Shown here in pieces: positions 46,532-56,042 of a DNA stretch of 56,042 nt. The notes beneath the pieces are model-generated. The model made no database searches. It was not told where the DNA came from and saw only the letters and a list, made by a program, of their open reading frames with translations. Origin of the DNA: Gekko japonicus (lineage: Eukaryota). Both the position numbers and the translations under genes were made by a program. The DNA is taken from the NCBI RefSeq assembly GCF_001447785.1, contig NW_015173123.1:284049-340090 (forward strand), in the 5' to 3' direction. How positions within the stretch are numbered: position 1 is the first letter of the stretch; every line of letters starts with the position of its first letter.

Positions 46532-49500
46532 ACTGTCCCTCATGGATCATTGCCTTGACGTGGTGAGGGGGTTTGTGTGGTTCGATGAGGCTGTGAGCTA
46601 TGCCGTGGAGGGCCACCCAGGACAGACAGGCCACAGCAGAGAACTCAGACAAAGCGTGATCCACTGGAGAAGGAAATGGCAACTGTAACGATTTCATGTT
46701 TATTTGTGTGTGTGTCTTTAAAAGTTTGGTTGGTATGGCTGTGATGATACTCTAGAGTGCTGGAAACAGGCAAGTGATATGATTGGTGAGTGACAGAGAG
46801 GGGGAGGGGTTTTGGAATGGATGCTGTGTGGATGATTTGAATGTCTATCAGGAGTGTCTGTTAGGAGATATGACTGTTGATGCAGACAGTGGAAGTTAGT
46901 TAAGCAGTTTTGTCCTGAGGTCTCTGTGAGAGACGTTTTTCTGTGTGGAATATAAGAGTAAAAGTCTCTGTGTTAAGCAGACGGTTAAGTTCTGTGTAAG
47001 AGAGGAGAGACCCATCCCTGTGTAGGACNNNNNNNNNNNNNNNNNNNNNNNNNNNNNNNNNNNNNNNNNNNNNNNNNNNNNNNNNNNNNNNNNNNNNNNN
47101 NNNNNNNNNNNNNNNNNNNNNNNNNNNNNNNNNNNNNNNNNNNNNNNNNNNNNNNNNNNNNNNNNNNNNNNNNNNNNNNNNNNNNNNNNNNNAAAGTTAT
47201 ATGCATAAATCCCTGAGAGATAACTGAAAGTGCTGTGCCATGACAGTGTGAGAGAGAAAGGAGCTTATATCTGTAAAGTGAATCTACAGTTCTTAAAAAG
47301 AGTCAAAGTTACAAAGAGTGTGATACAGTTGACCTAAAGTACTTACAAATACCTATTTCCAAAACAGTTACAGTTTAAACAACTTCTTACTCTGTTCTTC
47401 AAATAAATCCTTTTTATTTAAGTTTATCCCAGAAGCCTGATCCATTTTTCCTCAGGAAACACATAGTTCCTCGAAAGCCCAGACCCTGGGTCACAATACC
47501 AAAACCAGAAGAAGAAAGTATAAAGGTTTGGAAAGCCTAAAATTTCCTGGTGGCAGCCAGATTACCCAGTAGAGCAAAATATAAAGAACGGTTTAAAGTA
47601 AAACCAGACCTCCCCAGAGAAGAGGTCGTCACAGCAACCCACTCCAGTATCTTTGCCAAGGAAACCCCATGGACAGCAACAAAAGGCTAAAAGATATGAC
47701 GGCGGAAGATGAGCCCCTCAGGTTGGAAGCTGTCCAATATGCTACTGGGGAAGAGCAGAGGGCAAGTATAAGTAACCCCAGAACGAGTGAGGCGGCTGGG
47801 GCAAAGCCCAAAGGACGGTCAGCTGTGGATGTGTCTGACGGTGAAAGGAAAGTCCGATGCTGCAAAGAGTAATACTGCATAGGAACCTGGAATGTAAGAT
47901 CTATGAATCAAGGGAAGCTTGATGTGGTCAAAAATGAGTTGGCAAGACTGAACATCGACATCTTGGGAATCAGTGAACTAAAGTAGATGGTAATGGGCAG
48001 ATTTAACTTAGAAGACCATTATATCTACTACTGTAGCCAAGAATCCCATAGAAAAAATGGTGTGGCCTTTACAGTCAACAAAGGAGTGCAGAAGGCAGTA
48101 ATGGGATACAATCTCAAAAATGACAGAATGATCTCGGTCCGAATTCAAGGCATCCTCATCATAGGGGACTGTAATGCTAACGTAGGAAGACAAAAGGTAA
48201 CCAGAATAACAGACAAGTTTGGCCTTGGAGAACAAAATGAAGCAGGGCAAAGGCTAACAGAGTTTTGTGAAGAGAACACGCTGGTCATAGCGAACACCCT
48301 CTTCCAACAACCTAAGAGGCGACTCTACACGTGGACATCACCAGGTGGGCAACACCGAAATCAGATTGACTATATCATTTGCAGTCAAAGATGGAGAAGC
48401 TCTATCCAGTCAGTAAAAACAAGACCTGGAGCTGACTGTGGCTCAGATCATGAGCTACTCATTGCAAAATTCAGACTTAAACTGAAGAAAGTTGGGAAAA
48501 CCACTAGACCATTGAGGTTTGACCTAGATCGCATCCCTGATAAATATACAGTGGAGGTGAAGAATAGGTTTAAGGGACTAGATTTGATAGACAGAGTGCC
48601 TGAAGAACTATGGACGGAGGTTTGTGACATTGTACAGGAGGCAGCAATCAGCACCATCCCAAAGAAAAAGAAATGCAAGAAAGCATCTGATGAGGTTTTA
48701 CAAATAGCAAAGGAAAGAAGGAAAGCGAAAGGCAAAGGTGAAAAGGAAAGATTTACCCAACTGAATGCAGATTTCCAGAGAACAGCAAGGAGAAATAAGG
48801 AGGCTTTCCTGAATGAACAATGCAAAGTAATAGAAGAAAACAATAGAATGGGAAGGACTAGAGAGGTCTTCAAGAAAATTGGAGAAATCAAGGGAACTTT
48901 TCCATGCAAAGCTGGCCATGATAAAGGACAAAAACAGTAGGGACCTAACAGAAGCAGAAGAGATTAGGAAAAGATGGCAAGAATACACAGAAGAACAATA
49001 CAAGAAGGACCTCAATGTCCTTGACAACCACGATGGTGTAATCACTGCCCTTAAGCCAGATATCCTGGAATGCAACGTCAAATGGGCCTTAGAAAGCATT
49101 ACTAACAACAAAGCTAGTGGAGGTGATGGTATCCCAGCTGAGTTACAAGTCCTTAAAGAGATGGGAGTACCAGACCACCTCACATGTCTCTTGAGAAACC
49201 TGTATAAGGGTCAAGATATGGAACACCTGATTGGTTTAGCATCGGAAAAGGAGTAGGACAAGGATGTATATTGTCACCTTGCCGGCCTGGATGAATCACA
49301 AATGGGAATTAAGATTGCTGGGGAAAACATCAACAACCTCCGATATGCAGACAATACCACTCTAATGACAGAAAGTGAAGAGGACTTAGAGCGTATTGCT
49401 GAGGGTCAAAGAGGAGAGCGCAAAAGTTGGCTTGAAACTCAACATCACAAAAACTAAGATCATGGCATCCGGCCCCATCACTCCTTGGCAAATGTGGAAG

Positions 49501-49720
49501 CAATGAGAGACTTCACATTCCTGGGATCCAAGATCACTGCAGACGGTGACTGCAGCCATGAAATTAAAAGACGCCTGCTCCTTGGGAGGAAAGCGATGAC
49601 AAACCTGGACGGCATAATGAAAAGGAATAGATCCTTTTGAATTATGGTGCTGGAGAAGACTTTTGAGAGTCCCTTGGACTGCAAGGAGATTGAATCAGTC
49701 AATCCTAAAGGAAATCAACA
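46532..49720 (+). mobile_element. RTE-BovB LINE, near full length with internal deletions, interrupted by a solo LTR
   Basis: BovB 5' UTR (gagctatgccgtggagggccaccc...atccactggagaaggaaatggcaa|cccactccagtat); endonuclease IGTWNVRSM, YTWTSP and GADCGSDHELL; RT remnants. Confidence 0.92.
46684..47633. mobile_element. Solo LTR
   Basis: Termini TGTAACGA...TCGTCACA; 5-bp TSD GCAAC (46679-46683 and 47634-47638); internal AATAAA; splits the BovB 5' UTR exactly. Confidence 0.85.
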
Positions 49721-49744
49721 CTTAACTAGCATTTTTACTTTCTT

Positions 49745-50013
49745 TTGGTGTAGTGGTTAAGTGCCGGACTCTAATCTGGGAGAGCCGGGTTTGATTCCCC
49801 ACTCCTCCACTGCACCTGCTGGATGACCTTGGGCAAGCTGTAGTTCTGATAAGAGCTGTCCTTGAAAAAGCGCCGTTTCTGTCAGAGCTCTCTCGGCCCC
49901 ACCTGCCTCCCAGGGTGTCTGTTGTGGGGAAGGGAAAGGAGATTTTGAGCCGCTCTGAGACACCTTTGGGTAGTGAAGGGCCATGGGGGTATAAGTCCAG
50001 TCTCTTCTTCTTC
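49745..50013 (+). mobile_element. Squam3-type tRNA SINE
   Basis: ttggtgtagtggttaag...ccgggtttgattcccc head and (CTT)n tail. Confidence 0.8.
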
Positions 50014-50099
50014 GAGGCGGGAGCCCCGCAGGTCAGTCAAACATCCGACTATTCCCTGCCTTCCATTCAGTATTCTGAGAGAGTATTCTGAAAAGGGGA

Positions 50100-50546
50100 G
50101 ACACTAAAGCGCCACAGAGGCGCCACAGCCCCCCTGCGCGAGACTACCTCCCTGAGGAGTGGCTGGCTGGCTGGCTGGCTGGCGGCCTTCTTCCATCCAG
50201 ACCAAGGCGGGCAGCCGCGCGGCGGGCGGCGTTAAGCGCCCAGCGGCACCCAGTCAAGACCCACAGAGTTTTATTCCGGAGGGGAGCTTTCCTGCGCGCG
50301 CGCACGAGGGGAAGAAGACGGGGCCGGTCTGAAAGGTGCCGCCGGGCGCTTAGCTGTGTGGGACGCTCGATTCTGCGCGCTCACCTACGTGGCCGCCCCG
50401 CCCCCTCCCCGCCCCCTGCTGCGCGCCTGCGCACTCCCAGGCGCACCGACCGCGCGAGGCTCGGCGAGGCCGCCTTCAGGGCCCGGCGGCGGGGTGGTGG
50501 CCGGGGCAGCCCCGCCCCCTCGCTGTAGGGGAGCCGAGGGGGCGCG
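50100..50546 (+). promoter_or_regulatory. TMEM97: TMEM97 CpG-island promoter
   Basis: CpG-rich; NRF1-like GCGCCTGCGCA (~50423-50433); GC boxes. Confidence 0.7.
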
Positions 50547-50666
50547 ATGGCGGCGGCGGCGACGCGGGCGCTGGAGCGGCTCTTCGCGCTCTACTTCCTC
50601 AGCCACATCCCCGTCACGCTGCTGCTGGACGCCCAGGCGGTCTCGTCGCGCTTCCACCCGCGGGCC
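50547..50666 (+). CDS. TMEM97: TMEM97 (sigma-2 receptor) exon 1
   Basis: MAAAATRALERLFALYFLSHIPVTLLLDAQAVSSRFHPRA; donor gtgagt. Confidence 0.93.
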
Positions 50667-51014
50667 GTGAGTCTCCGCGCCGGCGCCCGTCGCTCTCCTC
50701 GATGTTTAAGACGTTCCGGGCCCTGCCTGGCCTGCCTCTTCCGCAGCAGGGGATTCCAGCGGGTCCTGCAAGGCCAAAGCTAGCCCCACCCATTTCCAGG
50801 CCTGGGGGGAGGGAGGAGGGAGGGGGGGGTATCTCTTAGAAAGCCCTTGGCCGGACAGTCTTCCCCAGAAAACTAGCTTTCCTGAGCCACCTGGCCCGGG
50901 CACTTCAGGCCAACCCAATCTCCTCAGCTCTTGGAAGAGAAGTGGGGTCAGCCGTGGCTAGGATGTGGACGGGGAAGCCCCGAGGCAGCCCGGGGTCTCT
51001 CCGACAGTGGCAGA

Positions 51015-51200
51015 GCAGGGCTGCCTCAGCTCTTGAGACTCTCGGGTGCTAAGCAGGGTCCCTCCGGGCTAGGACGTGACCGGGAGAGCACCAAGGAAGT
51101 CCAGCGTTGCTGTGCAGAGGCTGGCAAGGGGAAGCCAACACTGAACGACTCTTGCTTTGAGAACCCTTTGAGGCCACCATCCCTGGGCTGCGACTCGAGG
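51015..51200 (+). mobile_element. 5S rRNA-derived SINE, degenerate
   Basis: gctaagcagggtccctccgggctaggacgtgaccgggagagcaccaaggaagtcc followed by the family tail. Confidence 0.55.
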
Positions 51201-51416
51201 CCACTTTCCTGGGGCCATTCCAGGGGCAGCCTGCATACAAGCCATGGCTGGAGACATCTTGGGACGGGTGGTGGTGGTGGGGATGAATGGAAGCAGGAAC
51301 CGGCTGAGGGAATAAACGAGGTTGCTGTGTGACTCACACAACTAGCCGATGAGTGGGAGAAAGGCGGGGGGTATAAATGGAGTAAATACATTTTCTGACC
51401 TTTTGTGTCCCCTCAG

Positions 51417-51561
51417 CTGACAGACTTGCTCAAGTGGTACACGACTTCATTCAAGGACCCCTTGATGGCACAGTGCCCTGCTTGGTTTCAGTCGTTCGTC
51501 TACTGTGAAGTCTTCCTGCAACTGCCTTTCTTTCCTGTGGCGGCTTATGCATTCTGGAAAG
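51417..51561 (+). CDS. TMEM97: TMEM97 exon 2
   Basis: 145 nt, cctcag| ... |gttcgt; [48 protein letters not shown](G). Exon 3 was not found in the window. Confidence 0.94.
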
Positions 51562-53767
51562 GTTCGTGCACAAGGTTGGATGGATGGGGTAGCTCTGTTC
51601 CTGGCCCTAGGAGAAAGCCCTGCCTGTTCCCCCCAACACAGCAAGCAGTAGCCACTTGTTTCCAGGCATGTGAAAAGCCCAGCTGTGAGCTGTGGTCAGC
51701 CCAGGCATTGGGGGTTCCTCTCCTCCTCGGCTGCAGTGGTCTTAGAAAAGTGCCACTTCCTGCTTCCTTTTGGAAGGAATGGCCCTGTCAAGAGGGAGGG
51801 CCCTGAATCTGGCCCCTGCACCCTGTGTGCACTGATCTCCTGGGCTCAGGGTCCAACATCCTGGATAGCTGAATTTTTAAACGCTTGTTTCTAGTCCATC
51901 TGGATGCCAATCTCCACTGGGTGGGAGCACAGGTGGAAGCAAGGATGATGATATTTCAGTAACGAGGGAAGGTGGGAAGAACACCTGGGCTGCTTCAATG
52001 CAGCAGGAAGGGGGTATCCATGGTGGTCGTGATGAATGATCTCTCTAATCTGTCAACGGCGGTGAGCAAAAATTGTGAGCCAAAAAATCTACGAGGCTAA
52101 AAGTTGTGAGCGAGCCTGAATTTTTTTAAATTTAAATTTACAAACATACAAAACACAAGTGGAAACCCACAAGAAACTTGTGGGATGGTTATCCCATTCC
52201 TCACACCTTTCCTTCCTCCCCTCTCCCCCTACCTCTCTGACACTCTTTCTCCCTTCCGCCCCTCCTTTCTTAATCTCTCTCTCTCCCCTCCATGGATGTT
52301 ACTTCCTCTCTCTTTCTGACCTGTTGTTTTTCCGCCTCCCTACCTCATCACTGTTTCTCTCTCTTTCTGTCCCCATCACTCTCTGCCCCCATCACTCTCC
52401 CAGCCTCCGGCCTGCTTCCTCTTCCCCCCAGAACAGCAGTGGCAGCACTCTGGGAATCACAGTGGATCTCCCAGCTACAGTGATCAATTCAGCTTAGGGC
52501 TGCCAGCTGCAGTTTGGGATATTCCTGCAGATTTGGGAGTGGAGCCTTGGGACAGTGAGGCTTGGGGAGGCAAGCCGCCTCAGCAGGGTATAATGCCACA
52601 AACCTCCTGGTGTGGAGGGTGGAGTCTGTGGCATCATACTGGTCTGTAGTTCCTTCCCTCCTCAAATCCCACCCTCCCCAGGATCCACCCCTCAAATGTC
52701 CAGGAATTTCCCAGCTTGGAGTTGGCAGCACAATTTCCTTCCCACCCAGCAGCCAACCTCTCTGTCTTCAGCTGTCCGTCTCCACGCTCCTCCCCCACAG
52801 CCTTTACCTAGGAAAATTACAGTCTTTCTCCACACTGGGGACCAAAGCAGCTTCCATTATTCTCACCTCCTTTTTATCTGCACAACAATCCCGTGAGGTT
52901 GGTTAGTGGGAAAGTATATGACTGGTCCAAAATCACCCAGTCAGCTTCCATTGCAAGATGGGGATTTGAACCTGGGTCCTGCAGACTCTACTTTGAAGCT
53001 CTAACTGCGGCACCTCACTGGCTTTCATAGGGTGGCTGCTGTTGAAGAGTAGCAAGGCCTAGTTGAGTCATGCAAGTCAGGTGGTATCAAGTCACCCAGA
53101 GGGTGCTGCCTAGGGATGCCAGCCTCCAGGTGGGACCTGGGGATCCCCTGGAATTACAGCTAATCTCCAGACTACAGAGATAACTTCACATGGAGAAAAT
53201 GGATGATTTAGAGGGTGGACTCTATAGCATTGTACCTGAGGTCCCTGTTCTCCCCAGGGTCCACCCCCAAACCTCCAGGAATTTCCTAGCCTGGATCTAG
53301 CAACCTGACACCCCCCGGTCCCCTGCCAGGGGCCAGGGGGGACCTGGCAACCTTAGACTGCTGCCAGGCCTCGGGTTGCAAACCTCCAAGTGGGACCTGG
53401 AGACCGCCCAGAATTACAACTGGACTCTAGACAGCAGAGATCTGTCTCCCTGGAGAAAATGGCTGCTTTGGAGGGTGGACTCTGGCATTGTACCCAGCTG
53501 AGGCCTCTCCCTTCCCCAAACCCAGCCCTCCCTAGAGTCCATCCCAAAATCTCTAGGAATTCCCCAGCCTGGCACTGGCAACCCTTGTCAAGCCTGGTCC
53601 CAAGGCTCCCTCCCTAAAAGGGCAAAATAGGCCTTTAAGACAGGTGCATCAAGTCAAAAGTCCAAACTGGGAAGGCATCTGCCTGAGACTAGGGAGAGTT
53701 CCTGCCAGCCATGGCAGATTTATTCATCATCATCATCAATCATCACTACTGTCACCACACTCATTAC

Positions 53768-54140
53768 TGTTGGATCCCCAAGCATCGAGAATAAATCCAC
53801 GTTTCAAAGAAAGTAAAGTTTATTTCAAAGCATTGGAAAGATACTCAAACACGTTCCTTGTTAGAACTGAGTACAAAATGGATAACGTTCCCGCCGGCGG
53901 GCAGGAGAAAACGGTTGCTTGCTCAGGTCCTGGGAACCAGGCGAACAGTAGACATAACACAGGTGCAGTTCTCAGGCTAGATAAGTAACAAGCTAGCAGC
54001 GAAGCATACTCTCCCCCTCACATCCTCCAGTTGTTTTACTTTGGCATTACAGCAGGAAAACACATAGGCCAGCTGGCAGGGACAGGGATCACATATGTAC
54101 AACCAGAAGTTACACAGAACACCATGGCAGCTTGCTGACA
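53768..54140 (-). mobile_element. 3' LTR of Gypsy element (~373 bp)
   Basis: Minus strand TGTCAG...CCAACA, preceded by the polypurine tract GAGGGGGCAGTA (54141-54152); AATAAA on the minus strand near 53819-53824. Confidence 0.85.
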
Positions 54141-54163
54141 TACTGCCCCCTCAAAAACACACT

Positions 54164-56042
54164 TTAACCGTCACCTCCCAGGTCGGGCGGGAGACCTCCC
54201 GGGTTGGGCGGGAGACCTCCCGGGCTGGGCGGGAGACCTCCCGGTTTGTCCGGGAACTTCCTGTGGAAACAACGAAGCAGGTAAGGGGCCCGAATATCCC
54301 CTTCTTCCACCCATTCGCGGTGCTGGGGACCGAAATCAACCCATTCAATGAGGTACCAGAGTTTACCACGTTTCAGCTTGGAATCAAGGATATCAGCGAT
54401 TTCAAAATGCTCATCCCCCTCAAGGATGATCGGAGGCGGGGGAGAAACAGTTGGCCTCCATGGAGAGGTGCCAGGATCCTTCTTCAGCAAACTCATGTGA
54501 AATACAGAATGCAGAGAACGCAAATTCTTAGGCAATACAACATCAACAGCAACATCATTAATCACCTTGCGCACCTTGAACGGCCCAATAAATTTCCAAC
54601 CCAGTTTCCTGCTAGGGCGCAACATTTTTATGTTTTTGGTAGAAACATACACAAGGTCCCCAGGTTTCAGATCAAATCCCACCACCCTACCCTTGTCTGC
54701 CTGGGCCTTATAAGCTGCTTTAGCAGCATCGAGAGTTTGACACAAAAGTGGCCATGCAGTTCTCAGAGAAGAACACCAGGTATTAGCATCACCCACGGGA
54801 CGGTCAGAGACCCCCTCCAGGAAAGGAAGGGGGGGGCTGTCATACCCAGAGACAGCCTTGTATGGAGACATGCCAGTCGAACTATGCACAGTGTTATTGT
54901 AACAATATTCAGCCAGGGGTAACAAATCAGCCCAATCATTTTGTTGGTAATTAGTGAAGCAACGAAGGTACTGCTCCAAAGTTTGATTAACCCTTTCTGT
55001 TTGGCCGTCAGTCTCGGGATGATAAGCGCTGCTGAGCCCCTGCTCCACCCCCAAAATAGCGAGGAGTTCCTTCCAAAATTTAGAAACAAACTGGGTCCCC
55101 CTGTCAGAAATTAACTTAGTAGGCAATTGGTGGATTTTCACCACATGAGACATGAACGCCGCAGCCAACTTCTGTGCGGTAGGCAACGAAGGGAAAGGAA
55201 TGAAATGGGCTTGCTTAGAAAACAGATCAACCACCACCCAAATAACAGTGTTCCCCTTGCTCACAGGGAGATCAGTGATAAAGTCCATAGAAACCACTTC
55301 CCACGGCCTGGAAGGAGTAGGCAAAGGATGCAAAAGTCCAGGAGGTTCCCCCCCCCTAACAGATCAACCACCACCCAAATAACAGTGTTCCCCTTGCTCA
55401 CAGGGAGATCAGTGATAAAGTCCATAGAAACCACTTCCCACGGCCTGGAAGGAGTAGGCAAAGGATGCAAAAGTCCAGGAGGCTTCCCCCCCCTAGNNNN
55501 NNNNNNNNNNNNNNNNNNNNNNNNNNNNNNNNNNNNNNNNNNNNNNNNNNNNNNNNNNNNNNNNNNNNNNNNNNNNNNNGATACAGTCAGGTAATCCCAG
55601 AATATAATCATCATCTTCCTTGGAGAAAGCAGAAACATACTTGTGGACCCACGCCCCCCCCCCCGCAGGGAGCGGTGAGAGCGGAGAAACGTCCGGCCGG
55701 GAAGAGGCGCGCGCTTGCGCGCGANNNNNNNNNNNNNNNNNNNNNNNNNNNNNNNNNNNNNNNNNNNNNNNNNNNNNNNNNNNNNNNNNNNNNNNNNNNN
55801 NNNNNNNNNNNNNNNNNNNNNNNNNNNNNNNNNNNNNNNNNNNNNNNNNNNNNNNNNNNNNNNNNNNNNNNNNNNNNNNNNNAACTTAGCGAAGAAATCA
55901 GCCCATCGGAGTTGCTTTGCATTGAGAGAACGGGGCGATTTCAGCATCTCCAGATTTTTATGATCAGTCCAAACCTCAAAAGGAAGTTGGGCCCCCTCCA
56001 ACCACTGTCTCCAAGAGGAGAGGGCAAGCCGGATAGCTGACG
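54164..56042 (-). mobile_element. Ty3/Gypsy chromovirus pol (RNaseH, integrase, chromodomain) in TMEM97 intron 2
   Basis: RNaseH WTDHKNL..RW; integrase [16 protein letters not shown] and SAYHPETDGQTER; GPF/Y motif; chromodomain FEIADILDSK..YLIEWVDFGPQHREW. Confidence 0.93.

Noticed and set aside
54095-54922. 275-aa plus-strand ORF
   Set aside because: It is the antisense shadow of the Gypsy integrase.
55220-55496. Near-exact ~137-bp tandem duplication in the Gypsy integrase
   Set aside because: It abuts an N-gap, typical of a contig-overlap artefact.

Overview
Vertebrate genomic DNA from a squamate reptile, most likely a gecko (inferred from Squam3-type SINEs, a Sauria SINE and BovB), in a draft assembly with 7 N-gaps. 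Four intron-containing host genes were rebuilt by hand from splice sites: TNFAIP1 (minus strand; 5 coding exons at 6135-13735, last exon beyond the left edge), IFT20 (plus strand; complete 132-aa CDS at 33525-36449, RFX X-box promoter), an unexpected divergent NCBP2/CBP20-like gene (minus strand; complete 168-aa CDS at 39068-43348, with a U12-type intron), and TMEM97 (plus strand; exons 1-2, last exon beyond the right edge). The rest is a dense, nested transposon landscape: DIRS1 tyrosine-recombinase retroelements, CR1, RTE-BovB, a chromodomain Gypsy element, a solo LTR, a SPIN hAT MITE, Penelope-like fragments with degenerate hammerhead motifs, SINEs, and a ~150-bp tandem array. The main finding is an apparently intact, intron-containing second cap-binding-protein gene at the TNFAIP1-IFT20-TMEM97 locus, where mammals have no such gene and TMEM97 lies in the opposite relative orientation. 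All comparisons to reference proteins and repeat consensus sequences are from memory and need confirming by search.
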